Source: Podarcis liolepis (lineage: Eukaryota). From it: a stretch of 64,000 nt of DNA. The position numbers and the translations under genes are program-made. Shown one piece after another: positions 39,648 through 52,285 of this stretch (positions within the stretch are counted from its first letter, which is position 1; every line of letters begins with the position of its first letter). The stretch lies in the NCBI GenBank assembly GCA_965112155.1, contig OZ218101.1. One strand, 5' to 3'. The notes under the pieces were generated by a model, which had not been told where the DNA came from, did not search any database, and saw only the letters and a program-made list of their open reading frames with translations.

Positions 39648-41148
39648 TTTCAGAGTATGACCACTGTTGTTACTCTTCTGGAACTGACGTTTCAGAACTG
39701 ATGTAAGAGAAAAATGCCTGTTGGTGGCTACAAGAAAATACAGATATTCTTATTTATCTACTTTATTCTAGTGGTGGAAATGAGACAAATATATAGCCGC
39801 ATTGATTTTTTTAAAATCAATATTTTACTTTCAGATTTTATTTTCAGATTGAGACAGCCAATGTGCATAATGTGTAGGTTTCATCATGTTTATAAATAAT
39901 GCATGGGAAACACACCTTTTGGAATCATAACAGAACATTATCAAAACCTTTTATCTTTGTCTGTAATATGATTGTTATTACAGTTGAAACAGAATGATGC
40001 AGCTATAAGGAGCAAACATCTGCTGTCAAGTAGACTGAACATATGCTAAATGAAGTTGGCCATATTATTGAACTGCTGTTATAGCGATAGCAGCAATTTC
40101 TAAACATTGCATTGCTGTATTATTTAACTGGCACAATTACCACCTTTCCCCCCAAATTGTTTACAGTCGCATTTACAAATTGTGATAAGACAGATATATG
40201 GGGACTCAGTCAGCAATAGGTCTATCAAAGCTGGTATTTCAAAGAGCTAACAAAATTGTGGCCATAATGGTAGTGATTTTAAAAAAATGAACAGGAAAGT
40301 TCAAATCCCAGCTCAGCCATGAATTTACGGGGTGGGCTTAGGCAAGTTGCTGTATCTTTAACCTTCTGGGCACTAATGGCTCATAGTAATAGTGTCAGCT
40401 GCTGCAATTACAAGTAAAAACTGTTATTCTGTGCATACTAAGTTTTAGCATGCCCCTGCAAACTCACAATTCCAGTTATTTTCAGCACGAGTGAAACTCA
40501 ATCTGCAGAGAATTCTTGCATGATATGATTCATCGTGTGGCCACCTCTGCTAATGGCAGCAACAGCTACATTTTATGAAGAGTGAAGTAACAGTGCCTAA
40601 AGCCTAACTTCTCTGTGTGTATACAAACATAGCATTTACAATAATAATAAAAAATGCTATATACTATACATGCATAGTTCAGTTGTAACAATGTTTATAG
40701 ACCACAGAAAAGAAATGCCTTTCTTATTTTGCATGGTTGTCTTGATTAGCATTAGCATTGTATGCTTTTTCCTGGTAAACTAATGGGTGGTGAGAAACTT
40801 AACAAAAAAAAGATAATGTCATTTAATTACTGGTAATCTCTTATCAACCATCAGATTTTTGAGGGGAAGGATAGATACCCAGCTAGAAGTAATTGCAATT
40901 TGAATTTGGATAGGAAGGTAGATTGTTGGGAATTTAGCTGGACTGTAAAAAAGCTGCTATGACGTGATGATTAGCCATTTTGCTGCCTGATAAAGGAATT
41001 TGTTTACTTCCATTATGCTCCACCTACATATTTGTAAATAAATTAGATATTCCAAAGACATCCTAAATCTCCATTATTCTTCTTGCTTCCCAAACCAGCT
41101 ATGTAGTGCTATTTCTGGGAACAGAAAGTAACAAGATGTAATTCTTAC

Positions 41149-41328
41149 CAGCAACAAGTTAAACCACTCTTCAGCTCGAGACGTTACTGCAATCCAGTTA
41201 CTACTCAGAAGGCTGAGTTTATCGTTCACTATGCTTTCCTTCCCTTTAAGGATGGTCTTCAACCCTTCTCCCAAATCAGTAATGTTCTTCAACTGAAGCT
41301 GGCGTTTTTCAATTTCTAGCTGGGTTGC
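41149..41328 (-). CDS. DMD: Dystrophin exon 35 (180 nt): ATQLEIEKRQLQLKNITDLGEGL...SRAEEWFNLLL
   Basis: Acceptor cttttcatag|GCA, donor CTG|gtaaga. Confidence 0.95.
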
Positions 41329-41823
41329 CTATGAAAAGCATGTTCATAATGATTAAATAAGGAAGAAGAGTTAGGAAGAACATATCATGAACCAACACTC
41401 ATATGTTGCATATTAACATTGTTAGAAGCAGAGAGGAAAAGGTCTAGTATATTTCAATATAGACGTGCATAATAATTTGAAAGTGAAATAAATATGTAAC
41501 TTCTTACTTCTGATCAATATTGTTATTATTTATTAAATTTCTATACCGGCCTTCATCCAAGAATCACAGGGGGATTTACAATTTAAAACTACAGAAAGAC
41601 ATAACATAGTAACAAACAAAAACAATAACTCACATAATACCTGTGTGCCATGCTTTATGCATTTTGGGTCACTTTAGGATGGGCAGGAACCTTCCCTTTA
41701 CCAATGATGTTTATCCAAGGAAAAAGAGCACTATGAGTTCTTTGCAAAAACATATTCATTCCTGTGACTTTAGGAGGAGGATGCGAGTGCGAGCTGCTGC
41801 TTGTTGGTCTTATCTCCTATTGC

Positions 41824-41968
41824 CATGGGCGTAGCCAGGATTTGGGGGGGGCAGGATCAATGTTGGGGGGGGGAATAACCAAGCTATCTGCGTTGTGATT
41901 GGTCAGTGATTGGTAAGTATTTTTATTTACTTGATTTAGGGGATGACCCCTCCCTGGCTATGTCCATG
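41824..41968. mobile_element. hAT-type MITE
   Basis: TIR CATGGGCGTAGCCAGG / CCTGGCTATGTCCATG; TSD CCTATTGC/CCTTTTGC. Confidence 0.8.
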
Positions 41969-43038
41969 CCTTTTGCTGCTGCATCAGCCAGCTACTGTTC
42001 TTTGCCTGACTTCATTCTCTTTTCTACCCTCTCCCTCTCTTCTACTCATTCATAGAATCCCCTGTTTTATCCCTTCGTGCAGAGGGAACAGCAACAACAG
42101 CTACAAGAGTCAGAGGCCTCAGCTGAAGCAAGAAAAGAGAAATGCTAGGCAGGCAGGAGGGAGGATGAAATAAAGCAAGAAACCCCAGGCCTCACTGGAA
42201 TAGTACCAGAAGACAAGCCAAAGAAGAAGCAATCTCCATCTAAATAATGTTCTGGCATACCATTGCTTTTTCTTCAAGTATTCACAGAATTGATATTTTG
42301 CCTTGCTAAGTTGCCCGGCTCCATTTGAAAGGTGTCAGTGACATATCTCTTAAACGTGTGTGTATATTAATGCTGAAAAGTACGTTGATAAGCTCTTCAC
42401 AATTTGAATTTGTTTTAAAAAATGAGTTATTTATTAGTGTTAAGTAGACATCAAATTGTCTCAGCTGATGTAATATGGGATTAAATCCTGCTTTAAAAAT
42501 AATAATCAAATAATTCAAGCCAGCAAGCCAGCCAACAAAAACAACCCCCCTAAACAACTCCCCAAACATAACCCAATTTATAGTTGGGGAAATCCATGGA
42601 TTAGGGAGAAAGCTAACAGCAATTGTAATAAATGCCTATCCCTGTTTGGGTTGGGAAGATCTGTTGAGCTTGGTCAGACAAGCTCAGGGTCTATACAACT
42701 TATTTTCCCCAAAGCTCTGAGGTGTCTGTGAATTTGCTCACTGGTCCCTGGCGTTTCAAAAAAATTAAGCTCTGGGTGTGTTTACTTGACTCTGTTTGAT
42801 ATAAAATTCATGTCCACGACTTGGAAGAAAAGCAAACTGAAACTAATAACATATTGTGTACATCTGTAGACTCTCTTTTTTTTAACTATAGAAGAACATA
42901 TCCAGGAAATAATTCAGTCTGGAATAATCCAAGCATTAGCAGCTAGGTACCGGTAAATCTGTATTCTGAAGCAGGAAGTTGCAGACTCTCACAACATGGC
43001 AGTTTGTGCACAGAACAAATGTAGCATAACAGTTAGAG

Positions 43039-43296
43039 CAGGGGTCAACAAACTTTTTCAGCAGTGGGCCAGTCCACTATCCCTCAGACCTTGTGGGGGG
43101 CCGGATTATATTTTTTGGGGGGCGGGGGAGAAATGAACAAATTCCTATGCCCCATAAATAACCCAGAGATGCATTTTAAATAAAAGGACACATTCTACTC
43201 ATGTAAAAACACACTGATTCCCAGACCGTCCATGGTCTGGATTTAGAAGGCGATTGGGCCGAATCCGGCCCCCGGGCCTTAGTTTGCCTACCCATG
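43039..43296. mobile_element. hAT/Charlie-like MITE
   Basis: Termini CAGGGGTCAACAAACT / AGTTTGCCTACCCATG, subterminal GGGCCG motifs, perfect TSD AGTTAGAG. Confidence 0.87.
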
Positions 43297-46200
43297 AGTT
43301 AGAGGGTAGGATTTGAACAGAGAGTTTCAGTTAGTCTCATGCAGCCGTAAAACTTATTGGGTTGTCTTTGGCAATTACCCTAGGCTACCTCATAGGAAAT
43401 AATGGGTTAATTATGTAACCCATGCTGAATTCATTGGAAGTAGACTAGAATATACATTTGATTAAAAAAAAAACCACTGCATTGCACTACCCAGAATTGC
43501 ATTATGTTTTATACTACTATCATATATCTACATATACACTGATCACAATCCAGCATGGGATCCATGAACAACTGCATGCATGCGTGCGCACACGTTTATT
43601 GGTATTTTTTTCCTGCAGCAATCCCTCATGTTGGGTTTCCATGTATTTTTTCCACATACACCCAAGTTTAAGTAGCAGTTAGATTTCTGTTTGGCAGAAG
43701 GAACTGTTACAGAAGTGAAAGAGAGAGCCTAGTAAGTCCTAACAAGTATGTGTTATTTCCTGTTCCACTTCTCAGTATAAATGTACTTAGTGTACTCTGC
43801 ACATTCTAGTCTAATTCTAGATTTCTTTATTACTTCTTTTCAAAGCACGGATGAAATATTCACACTCTTAAACAGGAGGACACTGTTGAACCATGGTAAA
43901 ACTTCAAAAGAAAAAACAATTTCCAACAACAGGGACTAGATGTCTCTATCAGTACTGGCAGCTGGTAAATTAAGCAGTGTTTGTGCTTTCAGCAAGCACA
44001 CTGGAAATCTGAATAAAATGATGCAAAAGATAAAATTGTATCAGTCATTGCAGTTACTTTCATCATTCAGAGTTGATGATGAACAGAGTACATAACTTTA
44101 CACTGCTTAATACTCACATAAGCCTTGTAAAAGATGGTGACTATATATCTTAATAATCACAGATAGGATCGTTTAGGATCATTATATAAATTGCTACTAT
44201 GTCCCTCTTGCCAAAGGATCATGCAGTTATTAACTTGAAGCATCTATACTCTTTTCCGTAACAGTAATGAAAGATGACAATTTCTAATTTATTTTATTCG
44301 TGTCATTGAAAGAAGACAACACTACCAATTGCGTTTCTAGCATAACTCAACACACAATTCAGTATTATGATTGCACATGATATTTGTTACTATTTTATGT
44401 GAGCTAGAATGTAACAGTAATGCACTTCCAGTTCAAATATGGTAACAGGACCAATGGCATAGAGGTTTTCTGGAGAGTACCATTCTAAATTTGAGAATGG
44501 GCCAATATTTCTTTAACTGAAATATGAGCCCCAAGAGCCTAGAACAAATTGTTTATGCTAGTCAAGTGTTCTCTAGCTCGTCAGCACAATATGAAACATA
44601 GTCTTTCAAAGTGACCCCGAGAGAAGAGCAGACATTTAACTGGGGAAAGAAGTGACAACATGAGCACTGGGAGAAATGTACCATGCCAAGTGGTTTAAAG
44701 AGTGACAACCTGTCCTGGGAGAGGGTTAAGATCCTTCCTGAAACTCTTCAGTCTAGAGGTTTGAGGGTTTTTTAGAGGTTAGGGCAGGATACTCTATGCT
44801 ACCTTCCTGATTCATATAATAAGGCAGCCCTCTGTCACTAACATTTTGGTTTAATGGGGTCTTTTCCTTATCACTCAAACCCAATTTCCTGAAGTTTCTC
44901 TCTCTTCAGTTAAAGGCAGGAGTATTCAGCTCAGTTTATCGGGCTTAGGAAGGCCCACTTTTCTGGCCTTAGCAAAGCCTACTCTGACAAAGTTAAGGGT
45001 GTCTGATTTAGCTGATTCAATTCCGCTGGCTTTGTTAACTTGGACTGTAAGGGAACATTCTCTTGCCATTAGCTTTCTGCTATAATCACTAAATTATCAG
45101 CTCCACTCATGAAAATGCAAAAGAGCGGACAGTACTTTGGTAGGCTAGCAGGTACTTTATAGCAAATTATCACATTTCTCCTGTGTGTGAAATTTTAATG
45201 AAGTTTTCCTTTCCTTCTTGATTTTCTTACTAATATAGGCACTACCTTTTGGTTGCGAGGGTGAGAAATAACAAAATCACTCTACTGCGTAACTGCTCTA
45301 ATCAGCAAACCTCGCACACTAATTATAGAACTTCTGGAGTACCAAAGTCAGTGTTTAATTATTAAAGGAATTCAATTAAAGGAAGGCATTCCTATGTTAA
45401 CTGCAGCTGTGGTAGACATATCTAATCAGTATACAAAGGTTAGCTTTTATATGTATACAAATGCGTATGGGATGGCATCTGCAGTGTGGTAGAAGTATCG
45501 TTCATGATTAACAAAGAATTACTTTGATTTCTTTTGGAAAAAACATGTTCAGTGACTGTCAAGCTTGTTCCCATTCCTTGAGAATCTGAAATTGTTCTCT
45601 GAAACAGTGAATGCAATCATAGTGATAATTTCTGGAAAACTGCAAAGGCTGTTGAAAGCAACAAATATTTACTGGACTGTACCTATATTATCAATGTCTC
45701 ATGCCACTATGCCAAATTTTTGGCTACAGCTTGCTGGGACATGGAAAAAGACAGGGGCAAGTCTGTCCAAATGTTACAGGGGCAGGGACAGAACTTCACT
45801 AAAAGCTCCGGTTTTGTGGCAGCAAAACCCTGACAAGTATTGCACAGCTTGGAGGTAGAAACAAATGACCAGGGAACCACAAAGTGGCTCTAAATGGACA
45901 GAGACTGAATTGTAGCCTCTATTGCGAAAAGCCTATATTACTTTCGTTGCTCTGTGTGATTATACTGAACTAACACTGTTCAGTTCTTTGTTGCAGGAAC
46001 TTATAATTACTTCTCAGAGTTGATACAGCTACAAGTTTATAAGAGGAATTAAAGTGAGGAAGGGGTAGGAATATAGACTACTACTCTTGCAGGCAGATCC
46101 AGGAAGAACAATGACTACATGAACAGTGACCATCCTCAAGGGGGAAAAGTGTCATATATTCCTTTTATTAAAAATTAGTAGCTAATTAAAAATAAAACAC

Positions 46201-46687
46201 ATCCTAATTATTTTTCTAGCATTAGTTCTTTACAATAAAACTGATCTTTGAAATTAAGGCAAAAATTAGATGGCCTGTTTAAAATGTTAATGAAGAAACT
46301 AGCATAAAATGACAACAGTGCTTTGCAGTCTTTTAATGTCTCAACACTTAGAAGGTGCTAATACACTAACACTGTACTAAGTTCTCCTTTTAAGCCTGGA
46401 AAAAATGGAATCTTTCAAAAAGTTATAGAAAAGGGTATGCAGGGTTATTTTTCTTTTGAATTATTCCTCTCCTCCTTTCTCTTATGAGTATGATGTGGTA
46501 CCTGATGCATCCTACTATAAGGTTAATATGTTAAATTTTGGACACCAACTTCTTTTGTCTCAGTGTATCACCAGTATATATCATATTGTTTACAACTTTT
46601 TTGGGGTGCAGAAGTATTGCTGTGACAGCGAGATAACTCCAGACAAACATATGTGAGTTTACAAGGAAAGAAAATATATATTATTAC

Positions 46688-46858
46688 CTTGCTCCAGGCG
46701 ACTTCAGCATCTAAATTGATAGGCATGCCTTCTACTGCTGATCTCTTTGTCAGTTCTGAATCTGTCACTGCCAGCCATTCTGTCAGAGCATTCATTTCCT
46801 TTCTCAGTTTCCGAGATAATTTCAAACATTTCTCTAGCTCTTGCTTTTTTTCAGTCAC
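46688..46858 (-). CDS. DMD: Dystrophin exon 34 (171 nt): VTEKKQELEKCLKLSRKLRKEMNALTEWL...AEVAWSK
   Basis: Acceptor ccttctgcag|GTG, donor AAG|gtaata. Confidence 0.96.
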
Positions 46859-47770
46859 CTGCAGAAGGGGGAGGGGGAATGAAGAGCCAAACCTCTAAAT
46901 GCTTCACCACCTTAAGTGCTACTGAGACGGATGCTCATATTTCTGGCAGTAGTTTTTTCTCCCAGTGAAAAGAATCCACCATCAAGTCCCCATGATTGTA
47001 GAGGTCATCTATCCTCTGTTTCACATCTACAGTTCTCAGAAATGCTAAATCTTTTTTATAGCAAACATATGACAAGAATACACCTCAGAATGTTAGCCTT
47101 TCTCATTACACTTTAGACTACATTCTTTTGTCAGTACTAGATCAGCATTCTACTTAATAGCAAACCAACTACTTCACACTGAAACAAAAACAGAATGGCT
47201 AGATTAATTATAATTTGCAAAGTTAGCTTCAATAAAAGAAACAAAATGAAGATTAAAAGTATGCTTTAACTTGGTGCTCTTTATGCATATTTAAGTACAC
47301 TGCAGTCATGTTTTATGTCCTTTTAATGCCAACCTTCAGAATTTATTGATTCAATAAAAGTTGTTTTCATCCAGCTCGACCTGCAACTCCTGTCTTATTC
47401 ATTTTATTTTTATTTTCTTTAAAGGAATTTTAAACCACAATATTTAACATCTCTAAGTGATGTGCAAAAATATAGACTTAAGAACAGTATAAAAAAATAG
47501 ATAGAGCATCAGAAACCTAGTAATAACCAGTTGTCTGAAGCAACTGATGGATGATGCTCCAGCTACAGCATAAGGAAGAGCTTATCTTGCAGCAGACACC
47601 AAGAATGATGAATCAATGCTGAAGAGAAGCAATCAAAGGAGCAACTCTTCAAACACAATTTGTTATCAGAAATTATAATGAAAATGACCATTTTTTTGCT
47701 ATGCAGTTACTACTTCAGTATTATCATACCCACCTGAATTCTCTTTTAGTTTAACTTCATACTTCATTGT

Positions 47771-47973
47771 CAGGAGCACCCAAACTTTTTTCAAAGAGGG
47801 CCAGATTTGATGAAGTGAACATGCATGAGGGCTGACCAAAGTTGTTGGGCTTTTTTTTAGGATTGAAGTTGTTGAGCTTTTAGGATTTTACCCCAGGACA
47901 TATACTGCCACGGGAGCCAGATTAAATTGACTGGCGGGCTGGATTAGGCCACCCGAAACGGACTTTGGACATG
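47771..47973. mobile_element. hAT/Charlie-like MITE fragment
   Basis: CAGG...CCAAACTTTTTTCAAAGAGGGCCAG start and GACTTTGGACATG end; no clear TSD. Confidence 0.6.
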
Positions 47974-49910
47974 AGACAATGGCTTAGTTCCATTTTCATT
48001 CCATTCAAAGAAGCTTCCACCCATATATACTGAATGACAGGTTCATATCACAGGCCCAACACCTGCTCTTTTGACCGTTACCCATCACACCTAATAAAAG
48101 CTATCCTGAAGGAAGTTACCATGTGGGTCCAGGGAGTCAGGTACTCCTGACCATTCAGAAGGTGGTTGTGGTTAGGCCCCTTCTCAAAAGTCCCTCCTTG
48201 CTCCTAGAAGTACTTAGTAACTACCACACAGTTGCAAATCTCCCTTTTTGGAGGCTAAGGTGATTGAGATAGGTTCAAAAGAGCCCTCTGCATTTAACAG
48301 ATTAAAGCAATGCAAAAAGACAAATAAATAATCGCCTCCCCTTTAGCCTCAGTAGCTTGTTGCTAGCACCCTTGGGAATTTCTGATCCATGGCTTACGCT
48401 TATGATATGGAGAAGTGCACTATGTAAATACTTTTGATGCAACTTTCAGTATGTGTTTAACTACTAGTGAGCTTATTCCCCCTTTCTTTTTCATATATGC
48501 ACAGTTAATGGAAAAAAGCTGTTGATAGTTGAAGTTTAACATTTCCACACTATTTATTCGAGGGGGAAATCTGGTGTCTTTTGCATAGTACTAGCAATGC
48601 AACCTCTTGCATATTTCACTCAGAAGTAAGTTTGCTGGATTCAATGGAGCTCAGTGCTTCATTCAGTATATAAGACTGCAGCCACAGTCCATCTTGGTTG
48701 TTTTGCTTTTGGGACAAAGGGACCTTTGAATTCTAATGGGACTGTTTATTTCTAGAAATGTAAATTTTGAAATAGTTAAGAGCATACAAAACTATATACG
48801 AGTGGTGCTTCGTTGAGTTTAGAGAAATAATGACAGGTGCAGCATATATATAGCTGCTCCCCACCCCTTATTTCAACTAGGAGAGTTTCAGAAAAATTGT
48901 ATGGTTGGATGTACACTATAATGGGTAATATCATTTTATTTCCCCATTTTCGATTTACATGTTATAAAAGAAATGTAGGAAATACTGCCATCTTAAGGTC
49001 TTTCTTTTTTACACAGTTAACTCCGTTTACCATTTCATCTCACAACAGTTGAATCAAAGTACACATTACATGATTGATTTATTTATTTAAAGCAGGATTA
49101 GTTTAGAATTTGGTTGGAGGAAGGGCTAATGGTAAAAGGCTGCTTTCTTCTGAAGTCATTTATCAGGTTGAAATGGCCCTGTCCAGGATGCTTTTTCACC
49201 TAAGGGAAAACACTCACAGGTTCTCCGTATCTTCCCTGCATCTTCCACAGGTGAAAAAGCATTTCAGGGTGATTGTTTTTAGACTAAAAACCTAACAGAG
49301 TGGGAAGGATTAAGCAGCTTTATAAATGAGGCAGCAGTGAAAATACACACCATTCCCTCTTCCTATGCTTCCTTACACTGTCTTCACCCCTCTAATAACT
49401 TTCTCCTTTGCAAACCAAAGGTTACACACATACTCTACTCATTTTCACTTGTTGTCCTATCCATAAAACTCTTTTCACTGGCACATTAAAATCCTCATTT
49501 AAAATGGCATATTTCACACTGGCATGTGCTAATTAATTTTGCATTTTCCTATTCTACTGTTTTCTTGACTGTAGGAGCAAAACCTGCATTTACTTATTTT
49601 TTAATAGAAAGTGTCAAGTATTTGCAAGTTCTCTTGAAAACCATCATCCTGAATATGAAGGCCAGTCCTCCATATATCTAATTCTACACTTAGAAATGAT
49701 ATTGTTTAGTTACATTATTTCAATATATAATTGGGCCACTCTGAATAGACAGTTAATAGAATCTTTTTCTCACTGAGAAAGGAAAGACAAATAAAATCAA
49801 TTTAAGAGAGGAAAATAAAATAAACAAAACAAAATACAACAAAATGGAAGAGATAGATTTCGCTTTACAACTGAGAAGCAGACTTTAGCACTGAAAAGCG
49901 TAGAACATAC

Positions 49911-50066
49911 CTTGGCACCCAAATCATTATATTGTAATTTCAAAGCTGTTAGCCTTTCATCCAGTTCTTTTGGGTTTTCCGTTTGCTGTTTTTGCACAAT
50001 CTGACGCCCAGTTTTTATGACTGTTTCCACTTCAGATTTTACTTCACTAAGAGTTTTATACAATTT
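49911..50066 (-). CDS. DMD: Dystrophin exon 33 (156 nt): [24 protein letters not shown]...LQYNDLGAK
   Basis: Acceptor ttggctag|AAA, donor AAG|gtatgt; the preceding intron is only 124 nt. Confidence 0.96.
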
Positions 50067-50190
50067 CTAGCCAACACAGAAAAGGAAATGTTTAATTTCA
50101 CTGAAATTACACTGATTTTTGCAAAATGTCATAGGTATAGTCCAATAAGTTGCCTTACATGTGAACTATTATTGTATTGGAAATACTCAC

Positions 50191-50364
50191 CATACAGTGA
50201 TCAAGCTGGGATTGCACTGCTTCCTGCTCGACACTCCTCAACTCCAACTTCGGCACTTGCGATTTCACTTCATCTAAAATTATTTTACATTCCTGTAAGC
50301 GCTGCTCAAAATTGGCTGGCTTTTGGAACAAGCGAAACTTCATGAAGACATCTTGTAGCTTTTT
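50191..50364 (-). CDS. DMD: Dystrophin exon 32 (174 nt): KKLQDVFMKFRLFQKPANFEQRLQE...QSQLDHCM
   Basis: Acceptor tattttcag|AAA, donor ATG|gtgagt. Confidence 0.96.
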
Positions 50365-51329
50365 CTGAAAATAATATATGAGATGAAAGGAAGAGGGGTG
50401 CAAAGTATGCAGATTAAGTCATTATGCTAATACAGTCACGGTCATGATTTTATGAAGACTTTTAAAATAAGGGACAGAGCAGTCCTGCTTCTACATACTG
50501 AGGAGAAACTTGGATATTCCCTTTATTTTTCTTTTGAAAGCATGTCTAGGCAGCTTAGCAAACAATTACACTGTGCCCTCCTGTGCAGCTTCCTTCGGAT
50601 TGGTAGCAAGTTCCCAAGAATTTAAAGAATGCTACTTGCTAGGTCATTTCACACAAATGATCAGATAGGTTGTAATATTGAGTTGCATTTCCTTTGAATA
50701 TTTAGTCTGCAAGTGTATTATTAGTTTCAGGTCATATTCAGGCAACCCTGTATTGGGAAATTTTAAATGTCTAATGTTTTATAATTTTTTATGTGCTATA
50801 TGTGGTGGGTGTGCGTCAGTAAACGAGGGGAATTAAGATTAAGAGAGCTGAGTGGGGGGTGCTGGTGTAATCTCACTGTATACAAGTTGTACAAGTGACA
50901 ATAAAGTATTTCAATTTCAATAAGCAGCCCAGTGTGGCTGGGGAAACCCAACCAGATGGGCAGGGTATAAATAAAATTATTATTATTATTATTATTAGGC
51001 AACATAAGTTATTTATACACAGTACATGCATTTTGGAAAGAAAGAATCCAATGGTAAGGTGCACTTGAATAGCATTTTTTTTCTTTTTAACAGGAATCGC
51101 CACCCACTGCACTACATGAGAGTAAGCTTGACAGAGCAGATAAGAACCAAAATAGTAAATATGAGTTATCACCTTTAACCACTGGCAAAAAATTTGAAAA
51201 AGCTAATGTGGCATTCCATTAAAGTATGGTTTTGTTAGTTTTCTTTTTCCCAAACCTGAAGGTTGGGGTAAATATAAAAATGCTCAAAATGGTGAATCAG
51301 CTGACTTGCACAAGGTCTGTGAAATGTTC

Positions 51330-51650
51330 CATGCTGTGCATAGTTAAACTTTGGAACTCCCTCCCACAGGATACACTGGTGACCACTAACTGGGTAGCTT
51401 TAAAAGTGAATTGGACTAATTCATGGAGGATAAGGCTACTAATGGCCACTAGACGTTATAGCTATGCTTTGCCTCCACAGTCAGAGGCAGTAATGCTTCT
51501 GAATACCATTTGCTGGGAAACGGGGGCGGGGGGGTTGCTGTTATGCTCAGGTCCTGCTTGCAGGTTTCCCACAGGCAACTCAATTGCCACAGAGAAAACA
51601 GGATGATGGACTAGATGAGTCTGATCCAGCAGGATCTTCTTATATTCTTA
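51330..51650 (+). mobile_element. CR1-like LINE 3' end
   Basis: Translation CIVKLWNSLPQD resembles the CR1 ORF2 C-terminus; 3'UTR with GGACTAGATG...TCTGATCCAGCAGG and a (TTCTTAT)-type tail. Confidence 0.75.
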
Positions 51651-52174
51651 TTTTTGGAACATCTGACTGCCATGCCTTTTTAGAACCTGCTCCTTAAAAT
51701 TACTGTCTACTTCAAAAAATGTTTGCCATCAGGCGTGCTCTTCAAGCAAACAGCAAGTTTAAAACTCTCTTGGGATTGCTGATCTGGCCTCACAGCTAAA
51801 AAAATTATGACCAAAGAATTTATTTTTGTGGCAGAAGGGTATTTGTGAAGATGAAAATAACAAGAAGAGGTTTTTTCAAAAATGTGTATTTTGCATTAAC
51901 AAAAGCATCCGTTCTGAATTTCCTGAATCAAGGCACTTCAACCCTACACATTTTTATTTAGATGCTGGTTTTTCCTTGGTCTCATTGTAAATCAAATAAT
52001 AATGTTATAAGCTAAGCAAGCAGGACTTTCTCCCCCCACCCAAAAAACCCACCACCACCCTGTGGATAGAAAGTATAGCTGTTTCACATGTAATCAATGA
52101 TTGCTTATTTAGTTTTGTGTATTTTAAAGAAGGGATCCGAACTCAGTATGTAAAAGAAAGCCAATTTTACAAAC

Positions 52175-52285
52175 CTGTGCAGTATCGATTTGGGAGAATA
52201 TCCTTTTGGTGGCATCCTTACCCCGGTTCCGTTTTTTCATTTCATCCAAACTAATCTCATGGCTTGTCAACTCTGATTGAATTTT
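52175..52285 (-). CDS. DMD: Dystrophin exon 31 (111 nt): KIQSELTSHEISLDEMKKRNRGKDATKRIFSQIDTAQ
   Basis: Acceptor ccaaacag|AAA, donor CAG|gtttgt; translated by hand. Confidence 0.94.

Noticed and set aside
39187-39701. Longest non-DMD ORFs (up to 144 aa)
   Set aside because: Almost entirely within a TIR/TSD-bounded non-autonomous element; no transposase or other motif.
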